Positions 21,501 to 33,340 of a DNA stretch of 64,000 bases are shown one piece after another. Positions within the stretch are counted from its first letter, which is position 1, and the number at the start of each line of letters is the position of its first letter. Source of the DNA: Macrostomum hystrix (taxonomy: Eukaryota > Animalia > Platyhelminthes); the NCBI GenBank assembly GCA_950097015.1, contig CATNEN010000011.1, positions 2,914,001 to 2,978,000 of the forward strand. The letters are read 5' to 3'. Made by a program: the position numbers and the translations under genes. The notes below the pieces were generated by a model. That model searched no databases, had not been told where the DNA came from, and saw only the letters and a list, made by a program, of their open reading frames with translations.

Positions 21501-23336
21501 AGATCCTCATAAACAATAATCCCAGATCCTCATGAACAATATCCAAAATCCTCTAACACAATATCCAAGACCTCATGAACAATTATCCCAGATCTCAGAT
21601 ATGAACAAATATCTGTTGTATCAAGATCCCGGATCAGTTAGATCTTATTATCATTAACTATCACTTTAATTTTAAATTCTTAGATGGCCCAGCAGAACCC
21701 GAGCCAGTGAAAGCTCGGATTCTAGCAGACGTCAGCGACAGCAGCAGCAGCAGCAGCAAGCCAGCAGTCATCGGCAGCGCAGCCGCGAGGGCAGCTCCGG
21801 CCCGTTGAACTATCGCGGCCCGTTGAAACTGCCTGCAACTTCGGGCCCGTCAACTTCCTCTTTTGGTGTCAAAAGAGCGGAGGCTCACTCCACTGTTGAG
21901 GAGCAGTTAAGGCCCACACTGTACAGCGATTCCATGACCTTTTCCAAACCGCCCAGAGATCGACGTCGAGATCTAGACGAAGAGCTTCACTTTCAGCGGC
22001 GTTCGTCTGGCGATGATAGACGCTCTCGCGAGTCGGCTTCGTCGATGAAGCGTCGATTAGACGACGATATTAGCAGAGTCAGCGGCGGTCGCAGTCGAGG
22101 TGAGCTGACCTTTGTTGCTTTTATCAATTTCCTCGCCATCACTTCTCTCCTCTCCTTACCCTTGTTTTCTCCCCTAACCCTTGTTTTCTCCCCTAACCCT
22201 TATTTTCTCCCCTCCCCTTACCCTCGTTTTCTCCCCTTACCCATGTTTTTCCTCTATCTTTACCCTCGTTTTCTCCCCTTACCCATGTTTTTCCTCTATC
22301 TTTACCCTTGTTTTCTCCCCTAACCCTTGTTTTCTCCCCTAACCCTTGTTTTCTCCCCTAACCCTTGTTTTCTCCCCTAACCCTTGTTTTCTCCCCTAAC
22401 CCTTGTTTTCTCCGCTATCCCTTGTTTTCTCCCCTAACCCTTGTTTTCTCCCCTAACCCTTGTTTTCTTCCCTAACCCTTGTTTTCTCCCCTTACCCTTG
22501 TTTTCTCCCCCAACCCTTGTTTTCTCCCCTAACCCTTGTTTTCTCCCCTAACCCTTGTTTTCTCTCCTAACCCTTGTTTTCTCCCCTAACCCTTGTTTTC
22601 TCCCCTAACGTTGTTTTCTCCCCTAACCCTTGTTTTCTCCCCTAACCCTTGTTTTCTCTCCTATCCCTTGTTTTCTCCCCTAACCCTTGTTTTCTCCCGT
22701 TACCCTTGTTTTTCCTCTCCCCTTACCCTTGTTTTCTTCCCTTACCCTTGTTTTCTCCCCTTACCCTTGTTTTCTCCCCTAACCCTTGTTTTCTCCCCTA
22801 ACCTTGTTTTCTCCCCTAACCCTTGTTTTCTTCCCTAACCCTTGTTTTCTCCCCTAACCCTTGTTTTCTCCCCTATCCCTTGTTTTCTCCCCTAACCCTT
22901 GTTTTCTCTCCTATCCCTTGTTTTCTCCCCTAACCCTTGTTTTCTCCCGTTACCCTTGTTTTTCCTCTCCCCTTACCCTTGTTTTCTTCCCTTACCCTTG
23001 TTTTCTCCCCTTACCCTTGTTTTCTCCCCTAACCCTTGTTTTCTCCCCTAACCTTGTTTTCTCCCCTAACCCTTGTTTTCTTCCCTAACCCTTGTTTTCT
23101 CCCCTAACCCTTGTTTTCTCCCCTAACCCTTGTTTTCTCCCCTAACCCTTGTTTTCTCCCCTCCCCTTACCCTTGTTTTCTCCTCTTAACCTTTTTCTCC
23201 CATCTTATCTCTCATTTCATTTCGCAACCTGGAGACAATTATCGAAATAATTTTTGTAGTCGCTAATCACGCTCCTGCATTATCCAGCGGTGGCAAATTT
23301 ACACGCGTGATTATCAACAGCAAGTCTGGCAGATAG
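18577..23336 (+). CDS. C19orf47: C19orf47-like protein (N-terminal SAM-like domain, low-complexity tail); exons 18577-19030, 20662-21163, 21684-22099, 23260-23336
   Basis: N-terminus WQKFFSAAGIP...NYAIIFVDNRI...DMGIRRMGDIIGILK matches C19orf47 from memory; repeated VFxRLG motifs; GT-AG introns join in phases 1, 2, 1; the last exon is the least certain. Confidence 0.8.
19186..20572. repeat. 35-bp minisatellite (CGGTCATTATCCCATCCTTATTTGGTGATTAGAAT), about 40 copies, in C19orf47-like intron 1
   Basis: AGAAT at 19741 and 19776 (period 35); near-identical units. Confidence 0.97.
21240..21600. repeat. ~21-bp minisatellite (GATCCTCATGAACAATATCCA) in C19orf47-like intron 2
   Basis: Visible tandem units that degrade towards the right end. 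Confidence 0.9.
22165..23190. repeat. 19-bp minisatellite (CCCTTGTTTTCTCCCCTAA) in C19orf47-like intron 3
   Basis: Tandem units; the unit junction gives CCCTAACCCT; a larger block is duplicated (ORF-track peptides at 22593 and 22861 are near-identical). Confidence 0.97.
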
Positions 23337-24029
23337 ACTGGATACGTTATCATACTACTTATAACAAGCTCACCCAGTAGTAGTAAGATTCAAATATGCT
23401 AGTTAAAAAAAGTTTATAATAAAAAGATGCTAATTTAGCGCGCAGGATTTTCTCTCACCTGGTTTTCTGTTTTGATATCTTCGCATGTGTTAGTTTTAAT
23501 TGATTTATTAAAGGCATTTCAAAATGTCCTTAAATACTGTATTTCTGTGTGATTTATAATCATTGATTTTATTATTGTGTCATAAAAGTTAAGCGAAAAT
23601 CTAAGCATCCTAACTCATTGCCTTCAAAAGAACAAGTTTGCTAAGATTGTAGCTTTGAGCATACTACGAAATAAAAATCAACGCTTACTACTTGTATGTG
23701 TAGTTTTCCTTCGATATCACTATGATGGTGTATGATATTTGCCAATAAAAGTCTGATTACTCTTGCGCTGCGCTCTAGGTTGTTTTGCTTCTTATTACAT
23801 TTCTTATTTTTTTCATAATAAACTATTTAATTTTAATTTTACCAGGCGTTTTAACTACTTAACTCCACAAGTAGTATCTATGACGATGCCTACACGTGAA
23901 AAATACATACGATTATCGTTGGGTAATATGCGTACGATTCTAATTTAAAATGGGTTCGTTTGTACTTTGGAAACTTTCTTGAATTTTTCCACTCTTTGTT
24001 TTAATTGATTTAATTCTAGTTCTAAAGTT

Positions 24030-25440
24030 TACCCCACCACTTCTCATTGAATTGGTAATACTAGTTGATTACCCCACCACTTCTCAGTGATTTGGTAATA
24101 CTAGTTGTTTAACCCCACCCACTTCTCATTGAATTGGTAATACTAGTTGTTTAACCCCATCCACTTCTCATTGAGTTGGTAATATTATTTGATTACCCCA
24201 CCCACTTCTCAGTGATTTGGTAATACTAGTTGATTACCCCACCCACTTCTCAGTGATTTGGTAATACTAGTTGATTACCCCACCCACTTCTCAGTGATTT
24301 CGTAATACTAGTTGATTACCCCGCCACTTCTCAGTGATTTGGTAATACTAGTTGATTACCCCGCCACTTCTCAGTGATTTGGTAATACTAGTTGTTTAAC
24401 CCCATCCACTTCTCATTAAGTTTGTAATACTATTTGATTACCCCACCCACTTCTCAGTGATTTGGTAATACTAGTTGATTACCCCACCCACTTCTCAGTG
24501 ATTTGGTAATACTAGTTGATTACCCCGCCACTTCTCAGTGATTTGGTAATACTAGTTGATTACCCCACCCACTTCTCAGTGATTTGGTAATACTAGTTGA
24601 TTAGCCCGCCACTTCTCAGTGATTTGGTAATACTAGTTGATTACCCCGCCACTTCTCAGTGATTTGGTAATACTAGTTGATTACCCCGCCACTTCTCAGT
24701 GATTTGGTAATACTAGTTGATTACCCCGCCACTTCTCAGTGATTTGGTAATACTAGTTGATTACCCCGCCACTTCTCAGTGATTTGGTAATACTAGTTGA
24801 TTACCCCGCCACTTCTCAGTGATTTGGTAATACTAGTTGATTACCCCGCCACTTCTCAGTGATTTGGTAATACTAGTTGATTACCCCACCCACTTCTCAG
24901 TGATTTGGTAATACTAGTTGATTACCCCGCCACTTCTCAGTGATTTGGTAATACTAGTTGATTACCCCGCCACTTCTCAGTGATTTCGTAATACTAGTTG
25001 ATTACCCCGCCACTTCTCAGTGATTTCGTAATACTAGTTGATTACCCCGCCACTTCTCAGTGATTTGGTAATACTAGTTGATTACCCCACCCACTTCTCA
25101 GTGATTTCGTAATTCTAGTTGATTACCCCACCCACTTCTCAGTGATTTCGTAATACTAGTTGATTACCCAACCCACTTCTCAGTGATTTCGTAATACTAG
25201 TTGATTACCCCGCCACTTCTCAGTGATTTGGTAATTCTAGTTGATTACCCCACCCACTTCTCAGTGATTTCGTAATACTAGTTGTTTACCCCACCCACTT
25301 CTCAGTGATTTGGTAATACTAGTTGATTACCCCGCCACTTCTCAGTGATTTCGTAATACTAGTTGTTAACCCCACCCACTGCGCAGTGATTTGGTAATAC
25401 TACATGATTACCTCACCCACTGCGCAGTGATTTGGTAATA
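24030..25440. repeat. 40-bp minisatellite (ACTAGTTGATTACCCCGCCACTTCTCAGTGATTTGGTAAT)
   Basis: GATTTGGTAA at 24661 and 24701 (period 40). Confidence 0.97.
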
Positions 25441-26199
25441 CACGCTCGTATTAGTATAGTTGATATTGTATTGTATAGTTTATATAGGTAATAATATATT
25501 ATTGGATTTGGGTAATCCATCCAAGTGGTTGGGGTAATCAACTAGGGATTTATATTGTAAACAATGGTGGCTGTATTTGGTGTGCCTGTCTGATTTCAGC
25601 CGCTGACCTCAAAGTGAACCCGTATCTACGCAAATTAATTGCTTCTATAGCAGCTAGGAATTAGTCATTCCGGCTACAACTAGTTAATACCGTTTCATAG
25701 TTTAGCAGTTCCTATGTAGCCGTATCATAGATACTTGTATATATATTTATTTATTACAAAATTATATATATATATATCTAATTCTTCGAAAAAAGCATGC
25801 AATTTAGATTTTTTGTATAATCAATCTGTATGTACGAGTATGAAACTCGTATGAGATTCGTCTTCAATCTACGTATTTGAAAATGTGCCTACTGTACTGT
25901 ACTGTACTGTACAACTGGAGGTTGTCAGAGGGAAGAGGATTCAGTGGGACGACCTTCGCGCGGCTTGTACAGCTCTCTACTTGGGGTAGAGTGTAGACTG
26001 TACAGTTTTATTCTGTACAGTCTCTGCGTACGCGGAGACGAAATATTCTAGAATCTTTTCTAATCCCTAGACCTCTACCCCGCACCGATTCTTCCCTGTA
26101 GCCACCCGCGCTCGAGCTAAATATAAAATAAAAGTATAGCGCACTGCCAGGCAAGCAAGCTGCTGTTATCCGAACATCAAAGGCCTCACAAACCCAGCC

Positions 26200-29126
26200 A
26201 TGTCAGCAGGATCACATAGCATTGAGCGTCTCACAATACCAGTGAGTAGGTCGGCGCTGGATTCCGCCACGAGTGCCCGCGTGGCCATAGACAGTGGCGG
26301 AATCCTAACCAAAATGTTGTTTGTCACTGAGAGGGACTCCGCTAATTACGACATGCACTTCCTCTTGATGCCGAACGCTGAATTTGATGCCGGCTTGGAC
26401 ATTGTTAAACGCGAGTGCGTCTTATTGAATAGCGACGGTGGAAACGTTCTGAAAGTGACCGGAGTTGGTTACAAGCACGAGCATCGGTACAATCAGCTGC
26501 TGGGCGCCACCTCCGAGTTTGTTGTTGAACCGTTGTGCTGGATTCGTGGCTACTATTGGGCCGTTGAAAATCTCGACCCGGACGACCTGTTTTATCCGCA
26601 CGAGCTGTCAGATCCGTGCTTCTGCAAGAGGGGTTCGACAGCAGCCTTTGATGGCTCCAAACTGGCTTCTTCGGGTTTGGTGGGTGAGTTACGATTGGCT
26701 GACTAAGGCTGAGCAGGTTGTAGCCTAGAGGTTAGAGCGTCCGGACAATTCGTGTCCTTTCGCAAGACCCTTAACTCTGCATTGCTTCAGTTCACCCTGC
26801 TGTTTAATGGGTACCAGCATCAGCTGGGGTAATTGAGTGTGGGTGTGGCGCCTCCCAGTCCATGGACTGAACAACCGTACGCAGATACGACGCGCAGTAG
26901 CTGCGGCTGTGCTGTCGACTGCACATCGGGCCCTATCGGGGCAGACTTAATCACCTAACCAATTAAATACTCGTATTTTTATTACAGAGAGAAGAAATGA
27001 TCTAATATCATTGAGCGAGAAACTTAATCATATATTACTTCTTATATATTACCTGACTGAGTAGGTTTAGTGCATAATTTCTGTCTTTTCAATGTTCCAA
27101 TTCTATTATACATTCTACATTGTATTCGAATTACAGTTAGGACCTCTTGCAATGAGGTGCTGAGTTCGATTCTGTGGCGAGGCCACATAAATAAGTTTGT
27201 TGTGCAGCGGCGGAGAGAAGGCCTTTTGGAGGGCCAACCAACAAGGCACAGTGAGAGTGTACACTGTCTGACTATGAGAAAGTCAGGGCAGATGTACACA
27301 CCTGTGTGAGTGTGTACCTGCGTACAGTATCTGGCCACATAACACTGCGTGTGTGGTCAGGAGTCAGCGAAATGGACAGAACTGCCTCCTCGCTGGCTGC
27401 GGGTCTAGTGTCACCAAATGATGTGCCATTGCCCGCATTATTTCAGGTAAATCTGTTGGTTAAAAAAGTTTAAGAATTAAATAATTGATATCCCATTTCG
27501 CAGAATCCGCATCATCAGATCCATCTGACTGCGGCGCAGCCGGTTTAAAGAAATTCCCCGCCGTTCTAGTCAACGCCGGCAGCAGTGTCGGCATGTGCAT
27601 CGTTAACGAACGCGGCGAGGCCTTGCGAATGTCTCTTTCCTTCTTCTCCTGCAAGACACTGGCCGGCTTGGCTAGCCTATTGTTGGGCACGTCGGATTTC
27701 GCTGAAATTGTTCGCCTAGCCGAGGTCGGCGATCGCGGACAGGTGGATCTGAAGATTCACGAGCTGACGGCCGAGGATCCGCTGCACCCTTTCGGAGCCT
27801 ACGATGGCGACATTCCGCTGGTGCACCTGGGAAAAATTGCGGATGCTGCAATGACTAAAGGTGGGTTTGCGATCACTATAATGTACCCTCTGAATAACTC
27901 AACTGGTACCCTCGACCTGTACGCGAATTTCAAATCCGGTAGCATTGCCCATGCCGGCAGTGGCATGCAGTGTTACCGGACGAAAAGCCCGATTTTCGGT
28001 ACGAAATTCTACACTAACCAGATGTGTTACCGGATAAAACAAAATCTAAAACGGTAACATCCGGAAATTCGGTGTTGGAATACTACAGTTATGCATTACA
28101 AACTGAATAATTATATTGAAATTAAAAATTCATGATATATATTCATTTATTTAAACAGCAACAAAACAAGACGGGAATTACAGGTACTCTGGATATTAGT
28201 ATCATAGTAATTGGATCAGTAATTGTAAGTAAATATTTAATACAATATTTAATACATAAGTATGTTCAAGTAGTCAATGGTTGGTCATCCAACAGGAATT
28301 ACCGAAATGGTTGGTCATCCAACATGAAAGACCGAAATGGTTGGTCATCCAACATGAATGACCGAAATGGTTGGTCATCCAACATGAATGACCGAAATGG
28401 TTGGTCATCCAACATGAATGACCGAAATGGTTGGTCATTTTTTTCGAAGGACCGAGGTTTTTGTTTAGATTTACTATGCGAATAACGAAAAGAATTGATT
28501 AGGCATACAAAAAGGACCTAATTTTGTTACTATCTTACTTAAAAGTCTGAAATGGTTTAGGATAAAAAATTTAGAAATCGAATGAAAGTTTAATAATATA
28601 TCTTACAAAATCTGTTTAAGCAAGTTGTTTTTTTTCAAAGAAAGCTGTACAATCCCAACTTGTACGTCATGGTTTTAAATATTTTTTGGCTGCAAGAAAT
28701 ATTCTTTGCATTCGATTTTAGTGTGAATATCCCATTGTAGACTACTTACAAATATAAATAAGTAGTAAGCAACGATTATAACAATAATAATAAACTAAAT
28801 TCACACAACATTGATTTCCACCATTTTCAGAGGGTGCCAAACGTGAGGACATTGCTCACTCGCTAGTGTCACTCTTCTGTTTCAACCTGTTCAGCACTAT
28901 CCTATCATTCGCTTCCGAGGCACAGATTAATAACGTCTATTTGGGTGGCAACTGTTTTCGTCATGCTCTGTTTCGGCGCGAATTCGAAAACGCCCGCGCA
29001 TTCAGACTGCACCGGACCGGGTTTAGGCACCACTTTCTGAACGTGGGCGCCCAGGTCGGCAGCATCGGCGCTCTTGTGTCCACTAATGATCAGGGACCCA
29101 ATGTGCTCAAGTTTACCACCGCTTGA
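26200..29126 (+). CDS. Divergent type II (fumble-like) pantothenate kinase-fold protein; exons 26200-26683, 27504-27860, 28831-29126; 378 aa
   Basis: AIDSGGILTK, VTGVG, EPLCWIRG, FPAVLVNAGSSV, GDRGQVDL, KREDIA, VYLGGN and GSIGAL align in order with PANK1-3 motifs; both GT-AG introns are phase 1; spliced length 1137 nt. Confidence 0.85.
26712..26962 (+). mobile_element. SINE family 2 (tRNA head plus CORE-like domain) in PanK-like intron 1
   Basis: A-box-like TAGCCTAGAGGTTAG; GTGTCCTTTCGCAAGACCCTTAACTC...CTTCAGTTCACCCTGCTGTTTAATGGGTACC resembles the CORE/Meta-type central domain; its 3' part (CCAGTCCATGGACTG, GGCTGTGCTGTCG) is shared with copies at 46.4, 50.7 and 56.2 kb. Confidence 0.7.
27135..27440 (+). 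mobile_element. SINE family 1, copy C, in PanK-like intron 1
   Basis: B-box GAGTTCGATTC; body and 3' part shared with copy B. Confidence 0.8.
28276..28438. repeat. 30-bp minisatellite (GACCGAAATGGTTGGTCATCCAACATGAAT) in PanK-like intron 2
   Basis: About 5.5 units, each with a GTTGG-TCAT-CCAAC mini-hairpin. Confidence 0.9.
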
Positions 29127-29217
29127 CAATTGAAGTAGTTGCAATTCTATATGAAGTCAATTTTCTTTCAATTTATTACGAGCGCAGTTGCTAAATTATT
29201 TTAGCTTCTGGCAATTG

Positions 29218-29765
29218 TCTTATCTACAGTCTAACAGCTACAGGTAGTCATGTTATCTACTGTCTAACAGCTACAGGTAGTCATGTTATCTACTGTCTAA
29301 CAGCTACAGGTAGTCATGTTATCTTCAGTCTAACAGCTACAGGTAGTCATCTTATCTACTGTCTAACAGCTACAGGTAGTCATCTTATCTACAGTCTAAC
29401 AGCTACAGGTAGTCATCTTATCTACAGTCTAACAGCTACAGGTAGTCATCTTATCTACAGTCTAACGGCTACAGGTAGTCATCTTATCTACTGTCTAACG
29501 GCTACAGGTAGTCATCTTATCTACAGTCTAACAGCTACAGGTAGTCATCTTATCTACAGTCTAACAGCTACAGGTAGTCATCTTATCTACAGTCTAACAG
29601 CTACAGGTAGTCATCTTATCTACAGTCTAACAGCTACAGGTAGTCATGTTATCTTCAGTCTAACAGCTACAGGTAGTCATGTTATCTTCAGTCTAACAGC
29701 TACAGGTAGCCATCTTATGTACAGTCTTATAGCTACAGCCTACAGGTAGTTTGTTTATCTACAGT
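29218..29765. repeat. 33-bp minisatellite (TCTAACAGCTACAGGTAGTCATCTTATCTACAG) just downstream of the PanK-like stop
   Basis: About 16 tandem units. Confidence 0.95.
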
Positions 29766-30966
29766 CTAGTCGTTACTGTAGCTACCCAATTTTAACCATC
29801 TACATAGTTTAGCATATATTTACCCCGAAAATATGTTCAACAAGGACTTCAGGTACCACATGCGCTAACGAGTATTTGCGTTGTGTAGGTTTTAGTCAAT
29901 CCGTTGAATAATATTTTATTACTCCTTTGAATCGTGTTTTTTAACGAGCTATTAAGTGAAGATCGATGAAATGTACTTATTTTAAGTTCTCCGATCGATG
30001 TTTTTAATCTACGGGTTGTTGATCGTGTAAACACTTGGTTCGAAACGATTAAACAAATATTAACTAATCTATTTCATTTTTTTCTGTTGTGTTATGTCGC
30101 TATTGTATTATTTCTATAAGCAGTTTTGCAAATATTAAATAATATGTTTTCCGCTTTAATACCTTATACCTTTAATTCTCATCGCCTCTTTCCCCACGCT
30201 TATAAATTTAATAATGATTCCCCAATATTATTACAATCAACACACGCTAATTTGTGCATGAAGAACAATGCATCTAACAATACACCATGTCAATTTATTC
30301 AGTTTATTCGCTAATTCATTTAAGCGATTAATATTTGCCAGCTTCATTAAAACCGAAAAATCTAGCATTGCTTTGTTACTATGAGTAGAGTCTATCGTAA
30401 AAAGTAATCTTTTGAAATAACTAGAGACACTGAAATCTAAAAGATTTTTTATTTTCTTTTGTAAATTGTTTACGTTGTTAAATTATATATAAAAATTGCT
30501 TTGAAATAAAAGATGCTGCATAACACAGCTGTGTAGGGGTACAGGATAAGAAACAGAAATCATTTTCCCTGTCACTTCAAGCTCTTAATGGTACATAGAT
30601 CAGGTAGACATGTCAGTTAAGATGTTTTCGATGTTGCTATTTTTTCCAAGAAAACACGCTGTTATAATGATAAAACACCTTTTTAAAAAATCTCACGATG
30701 CAACAAAGTTACTGACCGGATTGAAAGAACTATTTTTATAATTACTACTAAGAGGAGACTACAGAACACTGGCCATCTGTGCAGATATATTATAATAAGC
30801 TACAATATTTGTAAGTCCTGGCAACTATTTTACAATGCCGACGACATCATTGAAATTTTCATGAGCAACAGCTGTCACAAGTGCCATGATTCACAGAGAA
30901 GTAACTGAGTTTGCAAGTATTTAGACTCTCTACTGTTACACATAGAATCTCTAGAGAAAATGTGTT

Positions 30967-32241
30967 TCACAATGTCTCAATCAGCTGGGTGTACAACAGC
31001 GCCGAAGCCACGGTTCGACTTTCTGACTCTGTTCGCATGTTCTCCCTCTCGACGGCGTCGCTGGCCGCTTCATCAAACTGCGGCGACACTTCGACAGGGT
31101 CGTCGTCTTCTTCAACAGTCGATCTCTCGGCCGCCAATGCGGCCGTGGCGGCACGAAGACTCTGTTGTCTAGAGAGGGATTCGCAGTGCTTCAAGTCAAT
31201 GGAATATTCGTCAGTCTCGTTCACTTGAATCACCTGCCTGCCATTGATGGTGCTGCAGTTTGTGGCGGCGCCTTCTGTGTGGTTGAATATTAACGATGAT
31301 GCTGGCGGTGTTGAGGCTGTGGCCGCAGTGTCAGAAGATTCCAGCTCGCAGATACTTGGAGTAGCCAGTGGCGGTGGCGGCGGAGGCGGCGGCGGTGGCT
31401 GAGGCAGATTCGTGCCACCAGGTCCAGAAGACGATGTCGTCACAGCGGCAGCTGCCGCCGCTGCCGCCGCCGCTGCTGCTGCTACCGCAGCAGCCTGTTG
31501 CTGTTGCTGTTGAAGAAGCGCGCTTTCCTGAGCCACTCGTTTCGACGAAGTCTGTCTTTCGTTGATCTTCCGATAGCGTTTAGTCCGCCGCGAGAGCAGC
31601 ACGAGTGTCAGCACCAGGATTAGGGCGCTGACTGCGCCAATGCAGCTGCCAACACTGGCTGAAATGTGCGTCTGTTTTGTAGTGGCATCCAGGCAGTACA
31701 TGGACTCGGCTGGCCTCACGGCTGGACGAGCCTGCATGCTGTGAATAGCTGACGTCGAGTTGTTAAAGCTGCTAGAAGTTGACGCTGAGGGCTCAGTGGT
31801 GAACTGAAGGCACACTCGGTAGGCTGTGTCGGGCTGCAGGCCGCTGACAGAGTAGCTCTCAACGCCAGGCGATAAGCGAACTCTGCGGGCTGGCTTCAGC
31901 GATAGCACCGGCTGTTCGGCTGACGTTGCCGACGAAGAGGCTGATGAAGCTGATTTCTCTTCGTTATTGTTGGAGTCTAAATCAGTCGCCCCGGCTGTTG
32001 CTGTCGCTACTGGCACGGTTGACGAGGGCACTAAGAGTAGATGGCTGGAGCTCACGGGCCCTGTCCAGTGCCAGTCTGCCTGCAAGCCATTGCTGCTCAG
32101 TCGACGGACACGAAACCAGGCTAGCGGCGGAGGAGGTTCTAAACGAAGATCGCTGCTGCTCGATTGGCCCATGTCCTCCGATTTTCTGATTGTTCTGGCT
32201 GAACGTCCCTCTGTTTCGGGCAGAACGTCAGATTGTTTTGC
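30967..32241 (-). CDS. Fibronectin type III + single transmembrane + low-complexity cytoplasmic tail; probably the last exon of an LRR/Ig-FN3 receptor-like gene
   Basis: YSVSGLQPDTAYRVCL (FN3 strand F), YCLDATT, hydrophobic IGAVSALILVLTLVLL then RRTKRYRK; C-terminal ETL (class I PDZ-type); frame opens after a CTATAG acceptor at 32242; upstream exons not found. Confidence 0.75.
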   Translation of the reverse strand, partial: AKQSDVLPETEGRSARTIRKSEDMGQSSSSDLRLEPPPPLAWFRVRRLSSNGLQADWHWTGPVSSSHLLLVPSSTVPVATATAGATDLDSNNNEEKSASSASSSATSAEQPVLSLKPARRVRLSPGVESYSVSGLQPDTAYRVCLQFTTEPSASTSSSFNNSTSAIHSMQARPAVRPAESMYCLDATTKQTHISASVGSCIGAVSALILVLTLVLLSRRTKRYRKINERQTSSKRVAQESALLQQQQQQAAAVAAAAAAAAAAAAAVTTSSSGPGGTNLPQPPPPPPPPPPLATPSICELESSDTAATASTPPASSLIFNHTEGAATNCSTINGRQVIQVNETDEYSIDLKHCESLSRQQSLRAATAALAAERSTVEEDDDPVEVSPQFDEAASDAVERENMRTESESRTVASALLYTQLIETL

Positions 32242-33340
32242 CTATAGCAGAACGTTCGACTGTCCTTACTTTACGTATGCCCGGCTAGACGAGTAGAGAA
32301 TCTGAGGAAGGAAACGAGGATCAGTGATAACATTAGTTAGTGAATTTGAATATTTCTGAGCTCTAATTTGTCATTAAGTTTCAACCAGGCGCGCGGGTTG
32401 TTCATGTAATGAGAGGCAGAGGGTCATTTCTCAGCACTCTTAAAAATACCTTAGAGAAACATCGCACAAAGTGGCTACTGCTTAATCGATTTTTCAGACC
32501 ATATTTGATCAATCGATTGGAGTACAGAGCACAGAAATTCGATTATGGTGCTTCCACTGTCGTTGAGATTGCTTTCTATTCAACCTAGTGATTACCAATT
32601 CGAACAGAATCTATCAATTATGAGCTGGAAACAAATCTATACGTACACTTATTTTCATGTATATTAAGCATGGAATTATACTCACTAATATTTGACTATT
32701 TATAGCACAAATGAAGAAAAAACTAACTAGAATGAAGCAGAGTATCCGTCAGTGATGTCTCAGTCAACTCAAATGGGCCTTGTCAGTACCTTTTTCTGAT
32801 TTATTAAATCTTGCAAGATACTTATGAGAAGTCTTCCTAGTATATCTACGCGATGATATTCTGAGGAAGAAAATAACAGGAAACTTATTTTATTCTGCCA
32901 GCTTTTGATGATCCGCTGCTAGCATGCTTACACCGAGAAGGCGTCAATAACACCCACCTGAATGGCTACAGTATAGGCCTTTTCATTCCTTTCTGTTTAC
33001 TAAATACAGTAAGCCCAATCTTAGAAATTTAACGGCGGTCCCGGATGCACACAAGCAGACCATTGTATTCGAGGGGAAGCCCTATTATATGTATATTGTA
33101 TTTATATATACCATCGCGTGTTGACCGATCAGTATACATGTCAGTCAGTATAGCCTACTACATGTAGCAACTAAAATAAATATCCTTAGGAAATAACCAT
33201 CCCTTCCCCAGACGGCATAGTCAAATGTCAATTCTGCCGAGCGCTTTCGAAAATTTTGGCTTTGGCCATAGACGAAGAAGCTGATTAAAACAAAGCTTGC
33301 GAGAGTTAATTTGGAATTGTTCTTTACAAATCTTTTGAAA

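Noticed and set aside
22593-23088. Pro/Phe/Leu-rich ORFs, plus similar ones at 28132 and 53764-54156
   Set aside because: They are translations of intronic minisatellites.
19186-25440. Regular 35-40-bp repeats that could suggest CRISPR arrays
   Set aside because: The units are head-to-tail with no unique spacers, there are no cas genes, and the context is eukaryotic and intronic.
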